A stretch of 32,000 nt of DNA from Candidatus Saccharimonadota bacterium (GTDB lineage Bacteria; Patescibacteriota; Saccharimonadia; Saccharimonadales; Saccharimonadaceae): contig NZ_CP045921.1 in the NCBI RefSeq assembly GCF_025273655.1, positions 150,001 to 182,000 on the forward strand. Reading direction: 5' to 3'. The notes below the pieces were generated by a model, which saw nothing but the letters and a program-made list of their open reading frames with translations, was not told the DNA's origin and searched no databases. Shown here one piece after another: positions 7,114 to 14,731 of this stretch; positions within the stretch are counted from its first letter, which is position 1, and the number at the start of each line of letters is the position of its first letter. Made by a program: the position numbers and the translations under genes.

Positions 7114-8182
7114 AACGGAATTCGACAATATCGCCCGGTTGCATGATATACGTCTTGCCTTCGGTCCGAACCTTGCCGGCAGCTTTGGCGGCTTGCTCTG
7201 ATCCGGCTGTGACTAAGTCGTCGTAATCAACTATCTGAGCAGCGATGAATCCGCGCTCGAAGTCGGTATGGATTACGCCGGCCGCTTGCGGTGCGGTAGC
7301 ACCTTGATGGATAGTCCATGCACGAACTTCTTTGGGGCCGGCAGTGAGATAGCTTTGCAGGCCAAGTGTATCGTAGGCGGCCTTGATGAGTTGATTAAGT
7401 CCGGTTTCGGCGATGCCATATGCCTCGAGGAGCTCAAGTGCATCCTCTTCTGGCAGATCTTTTACCTCTTCTTCCACCTTGGCGCACACAAAAATTGTTC
7501 GGGCAGGCGCGACGAGATCCGACAGTTCCTTGCGCCTTGCTTCGTCGGTGAGAGTGGTGTCGTCGACATTGAACAAGTAGATGACCGGCTTGGCTGTCAG
7601 GAGATGGAGGTCGGCGATTTGTTCCTCGTCGAGTGATGGCAATGCAGAGAGTGGTGTGCCTGCTTGAAGATGACGCAGGAGTGACTCAAGATAGCCAGCT
7701 TGCTCACGTGCGGCAGGCTTCGCTTTGGCTTCTTTTTGGAGCTTAGGCAGGCGGTTTTCGATCGACTGGATATCGGCCAAGATGAGCTCGGTGTTGATGA
7801 TCTCGATGTCGCTTTTTGGATCGACGACGCCTTCGTCGTGACGGACGATATCACCGGATTCAAACGCGCGCACGACATGGACGATGGCATTGCACTCGCG
7901 GATATTGGCGAGGAACTTATTGCCAAGACCCTCGCCTTTGCTGGCACCGGCGACTAGCCCAGCGATGTCGACGAAGGTGACGGTGGCAGGGATGATCTTT
8001 TCTGCCGCATACATGTTTCGTAGTACATTCAGTCTTGCATCGGGTACTGGTACGATACCGGTGTTGGGTTCGATCGTGGCAAATGGATAATTCGCCGCCA
8101 AGATGTCTGCGTTGGTGAGTGCGTTGAATAGGGTTGATTTGCCGACGTTTGGCAAGCCGACGATGCCGATTGATAGACTCAT
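7103..8182 (-). CDS. ychF: Ribosome-binding ATPase YchF (Obg-family GTPase/ATPase)
   Basis: 359 aa. The N-terminus MSLSIGIVGLPNVGKSTLFNALT carries the P-loop, and the TGS-like C-terminus contains AWTI…GATAPQAAGVIHTDFERGFI. It overlaps the tlyA 3' end by 11 nt in convergent orientation. Confidence 0.95.
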   Translation of the reverse strand: MSLSIGIVGLPNVGKSTLFNALTNADILAANYPFATIEPNTGIVPVPDARLNVLRNMYAAEKIIPATVTFVDIAGLVAGASKGEGLGNKFLANIRECNAIVHVVRAFESGDIVRHDEGVVDPKSDIEIINTELILADIQSIENRLPKLQKEAKAKPAAREQAGYLESLLRHLQAGTPLSALPSLDEEQIADLHLLTAKPVIYLFNVDDTTLTDEARRKELSDLVAPARTIFVCAKVEEEVKDLPEEDALELLEAYGIAETGLNQLIKAAYDTLGLQSYLTAGPKEVRAWTIHQGATAPQAAGVIHTDFERGFIAAQIVDYDDLVTAGSEQAAKAAGKVRTEGKTYIMQPGDIVEFRFNV

Positions 8183-8924
8183 AAGCTGCCTTTTCTTCGT
8201 TCATCGGTGTTAATGGTATGTGTCCGCATATTGTTACTTCTTCCTTTGTGGCTATGACTTTATCTATTAGTTTACGAGTAATGGAGAGCTTGTCGCTAAA
8301 TTCCAGATTATCAACAAGTTGAGCAAATTGCTTAGCTAACTCCTCGGCATTTATTTCTGGGATAACCTTGTCGGATATTGCCACAGCCTCTGCTTTTTGG
8401 TTCAAGAGCGCCTGTTTCTTTACTCGAACAGTATTCATACTCGAATCAAATAATGTTTCATCTAGAACACCGCGACCGTAAGCGGCGATATAACGCTGCT
8501 CTTCGTCCTTTAATTTTGATAACTCTTTTTCGATTGAAGAAATGTCAGTATCAATTACTTTTGAGTTAGCGGATTCTTTACGGTATCTTTTATACTGTTC
8601 GTCGATTAATTTCGGCTCTGTTAACAGTATAACAATTTTCTCCCAAGTAACCGCATCTAAGTGCTGAACATTAATACCTTTTTCTGTACATTTAGGTGGG
8701 TTAGGGAACTGGTGTAGCCTATCCGTACAGCGATAATAGTAATGGCCACGTGCGGTGTCTGAAGAGCGGCGTGAGCCACATGTACAGTAAATAAGTCCAC
8801 CCAAGAGATATTCGTGCTTGGTATTGCGAGATGCATACTTAGCATTAAGCGCAATTTGCTTTTGTACCGATTGGCAACGAGGAGGATTCGTAGTGGATAT
8901 AAAAAGTTTAGCGGCTACACGGTT
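8183..8924 (-). pseudogene. 5'-truncated large serine recombinase (zinc beta-ribbon and coiled-coil C-terminal half only)
   Basis: The minus-strand frame reads …VQKQIALNAKYASRNTKHEYLLGGLIYCTCGS…GHYYYRCTDR…PKC (recombinase Zn-ribbon) and then a long coiled-coil ending …EEVTICGHIPL. An in-frame stop lies at 8925-8927. The resolvase catalytic domain and the recombinase domain are absent. The ORF-track extension into ychF (to 7917) is read-through in another frame. Confidence 0.7.
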
Positions 8925-9477
8925 TCAGTTTGCCCAGTCGGTTTTTAATCATAAGATTCAAGAAAAAGCAGCTGACAGGAAATATGGTTATGCAAAATGG
9001 TTCAAGATTATACAACTAGTCTTGACCTTGTTGGTGATAGCCGTTCTAGTGGCTCAAGCAGCTGGCTTTAATAATGGTTTTGTTAACCTAGTGGGTATTA
9101 TATCTGCTGGTATCGAAATTGCTTTTATTATTATCGACCTCACTTATGGATTTGAGAAGCAAGCAGCGGTGCATAAATCGTACGCATTGAAATACCTAGA
9201 GCTTAGAAATAAGTACCAGGCACTTATAGCAGATATTATGGCTGTTAAAGGTATCTCAACTGCAAATAATGCAAGGAGAGATGCGCTAGACGAAGCTTAT
9301 CATATGCTTTCGGATGCACCACAGACTACCCTCGATGATTATAAAGAAGCTCAGGTTGCTCTGGGGACTGCTGGTGTAAGTGGGGGTGAACAATACACTT
9401 GGTCAGATAAAGAAATTAATAAACTCTTACCTGCCCAATTGAGATTTATTTTAAAGTCTAACAGTAAGAATAAGTAA
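8893..9477 (+). CDS. SLATT-like two-transmembrane protein (putative membrane-perturbing effector); hypothetical
   Basis: GTG start 6 nt after a strong RBS, GAGGAGGA (8879-8886). The architecture is an N-terminal helix (TRFQFAQSVFNHKIQEKAADRKY), then TM1 (WFKIIQLVLTLLVIAVLVAQAA), then TM2 (FVNLVGIISAGIEIAFIIIDL), then a helical tail (KQAAVHKSYALKYLELRNKYQALIADI). The assignment to SLATT rests on pattern memory and not on an HMM search. Confidence 0.45.
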   Translation: MDIKSLAATRFQFAQSVFNHKIQEKAADRKYGYAKWFKIIQLVLTLLVIAVLVAQAAGFNNGFVNLVGIISAGIEIAFIIIDLTYGFEKQAAVHKSYALKYLELRNKYQALIADIMAVKGISTANNARRDALDEAYHMLSDAPQTTLDDYKEAQVALGTAGVSGGEQYTWSDKEINKLLPAQLRFILKSNSKNK

Positions 9478-9496
9478 GCGTAGCAAGTACGTTACA

Positions 9497-10207
9497 TCAT
9501 CTTTTAGTCCGTGCATAAAGCGCTAAAACGATAGCAAACCAAGCGATACTTACGCACCATCCAGCCAGAATGTCCGTTGGGTAGTGAACGCCAAAATATA
9601 GGCGAGATAAGCCAATTATACTTATAACAAAAATCCCGATGACAGCCGTTAATGCACGCCACCGTGTATTCCAAAGTAAAAATATAATACACAACACAAG
9701 AGCACAGCTTAGCATTGCATGACCGCTTGGAAATGAGTAGCTAGTTTCAGTTATTGCTGAGTGCCACAATGATGGTCTATCGCGATGAAAAACCTGTTTA
9801 AGAATAAAATCTGCCACTCCGGCTCCCCCAACACATGCGATTACAATAAATGCTTTTAGGTACTTCTCCTTATAAAGTAACCAAGCAACTATAGTGAATG
9901 TCATCAAAACAATAGGTATTACATTGCCAATCGAAGTAAAAACATAGAATACATGATCAAGTATTGGGGAAGAGTAGCCATGAATCCAATAAAGTACTAT
10001 TTTTTCATAGCTAATAGTATCGTTCTCTATTACTTCGTTAGCTAATTTAGCAAATGAGATTATAGGCAGCCAAAAACATATAAAAGCAGCCAACAGGGGA
10101 CCTGTCTTTATCTGCTTAAAATACTGAACTATTATGCTGGACTTCATGAGTTTAATAATTAGCTTTGCTTCCTCTGAATTGTCGGTCTTGTCGCCATGCT
10201 TTGTCAA
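9497..10207 (-). CDS. PAP2-family phosphatase (undecaprenyl-diphosphate/phosphatidate phosphatase-like)
   Basis: All three PAP2 motifs are present: KQVFHRDRP, SFPSGH and SRLYFGVHYPTDILAG. The protein is polytopic. The start is uncertain (TTG at 10207 or ATG at 10147). Confidence 0.85.
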   Translation of the reverse strand: MTKHGDKTDNSEEAKLIIKLMKSSIIVQYFKQIKTGPLLAAFICFWLPIISFAKLANEVIENDTISYEKIVLYWIHGYSSPILDHVFYVFTSIGNVIPIVLMTFTIVAWLLYKEKYLKAFIVIACVGGAGVADFILKQVFHRDRPSLWHSAITETSYSFPSGHAMLSCALVLCIIFLLWNTRWRALTAVIGIFVISIIGLSRLYFGVHYPTDILAGWCVSIAWFAIVLALYARTKR

Positions 10208-10268
10208 TATAGCGAAAGCTTAATGGGATTAACGTGAGAGATCAAATCTTTTCGCTCACGTAATTCCC

Positions 10269-11072
10269 ATGTTCATACCTGTAAAATATTTACTTATGGA
10301 AGCTAAGGCAAAAAAACTACTGAGCAAAGTGCCTGAAATTACTATTTATTTCTGGATTATCAAAATCCTTTGTACGACAGTTGGTGAAACGGCGGCAGAT
10401 TACTTGAATATGACACTTGGTTTTGGGCTCACGAATACGACTTACTTCATGGGCGCGATTTTAATAGCCATGTTAGTATGGCAATTCCGACTAAGAAAAT
10501 ATGTTCCTACAGTCTATTGGCTTGTCGTCGTTCTGCTTAGTATTGTCGGTACATTAATTACGGATAATCTCACAGATAGGATGGGTGTACCATTAATATA
10601 TAGTACGATTGGCTTTTCGGTTGCTTTAGCTGTGACATTTTATGCTTGGTATAAAAGTGAAGGGACGCTATCCATACACAGTATTAATACGTTTAAGCGG
10701 GAAGCGTATTATTGGCTTACAATCTTATTTACCTTTGCTCTTGGTACCGCAAGTGGCGACCTCATTGCAGAGCAATTTGGCGTTGGATACTTCGCATCCA
10801 TCATATTGTTCGCAGCCTTAATTGGGGTGATTACGCTCGCGCACTATAAGTTTCGACTCAATTCTGTCTTGGCATTCTGGCTCGCTTACATCCTGACGCG
10901 ACCACTCGGCGCATCAATCGGCGATTTTATGTCGCAGCCAAATGATGCAGGTGGGTTAGGGCTTGGAACAATTGTAACGAGCGTAATATTCTTGGTAGCC
11001 ATCGTAATACTTGTTATTTATTTGACAATCACTCGTGCCGATGCGCCGAAGGGTGTAAAAGCAGAAGTATAA
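10269..11072 (+). CDS. Polytopic membrane protein with a four-fold internal repeat (unknown function)
   Basis: About 8 predicted TM segments. The repeated motif is FWIIKILCTTVGETAADYL / YWLVVVLLSIVGTLITDNL / YWLTILFTFALGTASGDLI / FWLAYILTRPLGASIGDFM. An alternative start is ATG 10296, 8 nt after TAAAAT (10282-10287). Confidence 0.7.
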   Translation: MFIPVKYLLMEAKAKKLLSKVPEITIYFWIIKILCTTVGETAADYLNMTLGFGLTNTTYFMGAILIAMLVWQFRLRKYVPTVYWLVVVLLSIVGTLITDNLTDRMGVPLIYSTIGFSVALAVTFYAWYKSEGTLSIHSINTFKREAYYWLTILFTFALGTASGDLIAEQFGVGYFASIILFAALIGVITLAHYKFRLNSVLAFWLAYILTRPLGASIGDFMSQPNDAGGLGLGTIVTSVIFLVAIVILVIYLTITRADAPKGVKAEV

Positions 11073-11077
11073 GACAT

Positions 11078-11107
11078 AAAAACTCCCGTTCGTACACGGG
11101 AGTTTTT
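11078..11107. terminator. Bidirectional rho-independent terminator (AAAAACTCCCGT-TCGTAC-ACGGGAGTTTTT)
   Basis: The GC-rich stem is at 11083-11089 and 11096-11102, flanked by an A-tract and a T-tract. It lies between the convergent stops at 11072 (+) and 11121 (-). Confidence 0.8.
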
Positions 11108-11120
11108 GTCTTTCTGTATA

Positions 11121-11345
11121 TTAGTTGCTCTGAGCGTCGTCGTTGGTTTCGCCATCTTGTTGGTTATCAGACGCGTTGCCATCATCGTTAGTCTCTTTGT
11201 CGGTATCAGCAGCCTTAGAAGACTGCGTAGGAGCTGTAGGACTGGGGCTAAGCGCATTGGCATACGCACCGTACCCGGCAAATCCTACCGCGCCGACCGC
11301 TACGAGAGAGAGTATAGCAACCTTTATTTTAGTTGATATGATCAT
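11121..11345 (-). CDS. Small secreted acidic low-complexity protein (74 aa)
   Basis: RBS AAGGAG lies 7 nt before the ATG on the minus strand. The signal peptide is MIISTKIKVAILSLVAVGAVGFAGYGAYA. The mature part is D/N/Q/T-rich (…DTDKETNDDGNASDNQQDGETNDDAQSN). A terminator lies downstream. The competing + strand ORFs lack an RBS. Confidence 0.55.
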   Translation of the reverse strand: MIISTKIKVAILSLVAVGAVGFAGYGAYANALSPSPTAPTQSSKAADTDKETNDDGNASDNQQDGETNDDAQSN

Positions 11346-11463
11346 AACAATTCTCCTTTCTGAACGTTACATACTAATTTTAGCGAGTAGCATGTGGGGA
11401 TGACATGAGTTGAAGTCTCGTATTCCCATGTTCGTATCATCTCTAAACTCTTATACTAATAGG

Positions 11464-12147
11464 GTGCAGATATTACTCGCCGAAGATAATCAGAAACTAG
11501 CCAGACTCACCAAGCAGTCTTTAGTTGAAGATGGCTTTGTTGTAGACATTGCCAAAGATGGTAACGAGGCAATTGATAAGTTTGATATCAACGAATATGA
11601 TTTAGTAATACTCGATGTGCTCATGCCTGAACAAAGCGGTTTTGATGTCGCAAAGAAAATACGCAAGGTTGATACGACAATACCTATTCTCATGTTGACT
11701 GCCCTTGGCGAAATAGATGACAAAGTGAAGGGCTTTTATGCTGGTGCTGATGACTACCTAGTAAAACCATTTTCATTCGAAGAGCTAACACTGCGAGTAA
11801 AATCACTTATACGCAGGGGCAAGCGAGCAGACCCTATCGTATTACAAGCGGGCAAGTTAACGCTTGATACTAATAAGCAAATGGCATCATATGATGGTAG
11901 GCAACTAACACTTACTGCGAAAGAGCTAGGTCTTCTCAATTACCTTCTGGTAAATAAGGGGCGTGTCGTATCAAAAACCGAACTTATCGAGCACGTATGG
12001 GATATGAACTATGACGGGTTATCCAATGTGGTTGAAACATATGTGCGCTATTTGAGGAAGAAATTACGACAATGTGGCGCTTCGGGTGACTTCATAAAGA
12101 CTATGCGTAACCTAGGCTACATTATTGAGGATCTTCATGTATCGTAA
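11464..12147 (+). CDS. OmpR/PhoB-family response regulator
   Basis: The receiver domain includes QILLAEDNQ…DLVILDVLMPEQSGF…LMLTA…K. The winged-helix output domain includes LTAKELGLLNYLLVNKGRVVSK…VETYVRYLRKKL. The GTG at 11464 gives the canonical N-terminus and sits 6 nt after TATACT (11452-11457). The ORF could extend to 11410 or 11428. Confidence 0.9.
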   Translation: MQILLAEDNQKLARLTKQSLVEDGFVVDIAKDGNEAIDKFDINEYDLVILDVLMPEQSGFDVAKKIRKVDTTIPILMLTALGEIDDKVKGFYAGADDYLVKPFSFEELTLRVKSLIRRGKRADPIVLQAGKLTLDTNKQMASYDGRQLTLTAKELGLLNYLLVNKGRVVSKTELIEHVWDMNYDGLSNVVETYVRYLRKKLRQCGASGDFIKTMRNLGYIIEDLHVS

Positions 12148-13138
12148 AACAGCCATTCGATTAACGGTTCAATATTCCATACTACTTCTAGCTGTTCTAG
12201 CCGTCTTTAGCGCTGGGCTCTACTTATGGGTAGACGACCTTTTCGATACACAGTATATACAGGAGGTTGAAAACAAGCTGGGTACAAACGATGACCTAGC
12301 TGTGACAGAGCAGCAGCATAGGACTGTTGAAGCTGCTGCAGAAGTCGCTGTTGAACAATTTAGAAATGTCCTACTTCTGGCTGACATAACTGCATTTGCC
12401 CTAATTCCATTTGCATCTTATGCGATTACGCGGCGCTCCCTAAAGCCTTTAGTTGAGGCGAACGAGTCACAAAAGCGCTTTATTGCAAACGCTTCGCACG
12501 AACTAAGGACGCCCCTTGCAGTTATGAGCGGTGAGTTCGAGCTTGCACTAAAGAAAGAGAGAGACGCCGATTATTTTAGGAACACAATTATATCTTCCAA
12601 AGAAGAACTGGAGCGGCTTAATCGTCTGACTAACCAACTTATGGAATTGCAGAGAATTGAGAATAATTCTCATAAAGCAATGACCAATATGCATCCAATC
12701 AGTACAGCACGCTTGGTCCAAAATGTGTACGAAGAGCATAGAAAAAAGTTTGTTTCTGGAGGTTTTGAGTTCGCAAATGTAACAAGTAACAATGTCGGCA
12801 AGATTGTTGGCAACTATGATCTATTGCAAACGGCTGTCGGTAATCTATTGTCAAACGCGATCAAATACTCAAAACCAAATTCTTTGATTCAGGTTGGAGC
12901 TATCAACGAGGGTGGTAAGGTTGCAATTTACGTGGAAAATACGCCCGACCAGAGACTAAATACGAAAGATACCAAGCAACTATTTGAACGTTTCTTTCAA
13001 GCTAAAGAAGAGTTTCGTAAGAAGGGATTCGGACTTGGGCTTGCAATAGTAAAAGCAATCATGGATGTACACAAGGGCGATATAGAGGTAAGCCGAATAG
13101 ATGATAGGCTTCGATTTTCTTTAAAGATGCGTCCCTAG
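12137..13138 (+). CDS. Sensor histidine kinase (2 TM, short acidic extracytoplasmic loop, HisKA + HATPase_c, no HAMP)
   Basis: H-box FIANASHELRTPL, N-box NLLSNAIKYS, G-box GFGLGLAIVKAIMDVHKGDI. ATG 12137 follows GAGGA (12127-12131) and overlaps the response regulator stop. Confidence 0.9.
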   Translation: MYRKTAIRLTVQYSILLLAVLAVFSAGLYLWVDDLFDTQYIQEVENKLGTNDDLAVTEQQHRTVEAAAEVAVEQFRNVLLLADITAFALIPFASYAITRRSLKPLVEANESQKRFIANASHELRTPLAVMSGEFELALKKERDADYFRNTIISSKEELERLNRLTNQLMELQRIENNSHKAMTNMHPISTARLVQNVYEEHRKKFVSGGFEFANVTSNNVGKIVGNYDLLQTAVGNLLSNAIKYSKPNSLIQVGAINEGGKVAIYVENTPDQRLNTKDTKQLFERFFQAKEEFRKKGFGLGLAIVKAIMDVHKGDIEVSRIDDRLRFSLKMRP

Positions 13139-13362
13139 ACGTAAATTTATTTATTTATAAACTATGTCTGATCTGGGATGGCGGATCCTGTGCAGTGAAT
13201 GTTGATGATTGTAACAAGTATTCGGATTATGATTTTGGGTAACCACGCTTAGTGGGCGGTTTTGGAACAGGGAAGTGGATTACAAAAGGCAGTGGTGTGT
13301 CCCCGCTATGCCGATAGATAGTGAACTCATATAGATTAATTATACCATAACAGGGGTGCGGG

Positions 13363-13722
13363 TTATACGAGGTCGAACACGAGTAAGATCGAAAGGGCAA
13401 CACAGGTAATGAGCGCCGCTAGGAATATGCGCTCGGCCCATAGCTCGTAGTTGAGCATACTGCGGCCGTGGCTGCGAATAGACATGAACGACAGGAGTGT
13501 GCTAAGCGCGAATAGGATGACGCAGACTCCGGTGAGATCGGCAACTGTGGTATTGCGAGCGAGGCCGAGGCCTCTGATAGAGGTGAGAATAACAAAGGTG
13601 AATCCGAGTAGATTGGCGGCAGTGGGTAGGATGTGGCGAGAATGATCGATACGTGTCATGGAAGAAGTATGACGGGAGCTGCTGATAATCCGCTTGAATG
13701 GGCGCGTTCGATTTTGGGTCAA
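13363..13722 (-). CDS. Hypothetical small membrane protein (3 predicted TM)
   Basis: Three hydrophobic segments: LLGFTFVILTSIRGLGL, LTGVCVILFALSTLLSFMSI and IFLAALITCVALSILLVF. The start codon is uncertain (TTG 13722 or ATG 13659) and there is no clear RBS. Confidence 0.4.
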   Translation of the reverse strand: MTQNRTRPFKRIISSSRHTSSMTRIDHSRHILPTAANLLGFTFVILTSIRGLGLARNTTVADLTGVCVILFALSTLLSFMSIRSHGRSMLNYELWAERIFLAALITCVALSILLVFDLV

Positions 13723-13819
13723 AGCGCGCTTTACTTCGCGAGCATAAGCATAGTATACTAACGCCTAGGAATGTAAAATGATACAGATATCGCAAACCAA
13801 ACAGGAGTGGTAGTAGGGG

Positions 13820-14731
13820 ATGAATGATAGCGTGGGTGACGCACCATCTGAGAAACGTAACGGTCGCGTGAAAAAAGGCTCAGTACTTGTAGGTGCAGCA
13901 TTGGCGATAGCTGTGTTGGTGCTGATTGCCGTAGTATTTGTATTGCTAAAGACTGCAAAAGTAGTTGAGCCAGCGGCGCTTGTAGTAGGCGACCGCGAAG
14001 TGAGCAAAGAACATTTTGAGCGCTACGTTGAGCTTGGTAAAAAAACATCAACAAGTGCAGCGATAGTGAAATCTGTTGTGACTGAGTATGAGAAAAATCA
14101 ACTAGTGGCTAAAAAGCATAATATCAAGCTCCCAGAGGCATATATTGCGTTGGGGCGTGAGGATATGGTAGCAAACGCAGCTCAACAATCTGGTGGGGTG
14201 AACGCACTGCGCACGGCCAACGACGATTTTACCAAGCTGCGTCTCTATAACACTGCGTTTCATAATTATCTGAGCCAATCCTCTGAGGGCGGATGGAGTA
14301 TTGTACTTTATGATATTCCCGTGATTGCCTCGCTCGATGAGGCAAATTCTCTCAAGCGCGCGCATGATTCGGCTGTGTCGCTTCATGATCGCTTAGCCGC
14401 CAAGAAGGTATCCGCTGTAAATGCTGTCGCCGAGGCGCAGGCGCTCAATATCGGCCAGCCGGCACAAACGGGTCTGTATTTTATACGTGAATCAGATGGC
14501 GCCGTGCTTGGGCAGTACGGCGGAGGTGTCTATACTCGTTTGCTGGATCCAAACTTCATACGTGATCAGGTGCGTGGCAAGCAGCCGGGTCTGACGGAAG
14601 TGAAGGACTACGAAAAGCTTAGTTCGTTCTTTGTCGATTTGCTGTATACTCAAAAACAGCAGGACGGCCTAGTAGCTTCTGTCACGAAGGAAAAAGCTGG
14701 AATTAAGGTGGTAGATTATGTCAATCAATAG
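13820..14731 (+). CDS. N-terminally membrane-anchored protein, possibly SurA-N/PpiD-like chaperone domain; hypothetical
   Basis: 303 aa. The single TM is VLVGAALAIAVLVLIAVVFVLL, followed by …ALVVGDREVSKEHFERYVELG, which resembles the N-terminal region of SurA/PpiD-type chaperones. The 3' end overlaps the next ORF by 14 nt. Confidence 0.6.
   Translation: MNDSVGDAPSEKRNGRVKKGSVLVGAALAIAVLVLIAVVFVLLKTAKVVEPAALVVGDREVSKEHFERYVELGKKTSTSAAIVKSVVTEYEKNQLVAKKHNIKLPEAYIALGREDMVANAAQQSGGVNALRTANDDFTKLRLYNTAFHNYLSQSSEGGWSIVLYDIPVIASLDEANSLKRAHDSAVSLHDRLAAKKVSAVNAVAEAQALNIGQPAQTGLYFIRESDGAVLGQYGGGVYTRLLDPNFIRDQVRGKQPGLTEVKDYEKLSSFFVDLLYTQKQQDGLVASVTKEKAGIKVVDYVNQ

Larger units (their letters stand above)
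8183..13362. mobile_element. Degenerate low-GC genomic island (integrase remnant plus accessory cargo)
   Basis: GC drops sharply: 32% in line 9961-10020 and 42% in 9001-9060, against 53% in 21601-21660. A truncated serine recombinase sits at the left edge against ychF. The cargo consists of accessory membrane and signalling genes. The right boundary is only approximate, placed where GC rises again near 13.3 kb. Confidence 0.5.

Noticed and set aside
7917-8182. Part of the 295-aa minus-strand ORF (7917-8804) that overlaps ychF
   Set aside because: Recombinase-like sequence ends near 8210 (…TICGHIPL). The remainder is read-through in a different frame across the well-supported ychF N-terminus and is not an overlapping gene.
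10232-10261. Inverted repeat ACGTGAG-N16-CTCACGT in the divergent PAP2 / membrane-protein control region
   Set aside because: The arms are only 7 bp and the spacer is long. It could be an operator but is within chance expectation, and OmpR-type regulators usually bind direct repeats.
11106-11403. Plus-strand ORFs 11106-11336 and 11143-11403, and minus-strand ORF 11018-11281, overlapping the small acidic protein gene
   Set aside because: None has an RBS, and one starts inside the terminator T-tract. The 11121-11345 minus-strand ORF alone has an RBS, a signal peptide and a downstream terminator.
13165-13206. Tiny ORF MSDLGWRILCSEC in the island's right-hand spacer
   Set aside because: It has no RBS or promoter context, at 13 codons it is within random expectation, and it has no supporting features.
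8186-13295. Shared 9-mer AAAAGGCAG (inverted orientation) near both island edges as possible att remnants
   Set aside because: It is too short and in inverted rather than direct orientation, and the left copy doubles as the weak ychF ribosome-binding region.
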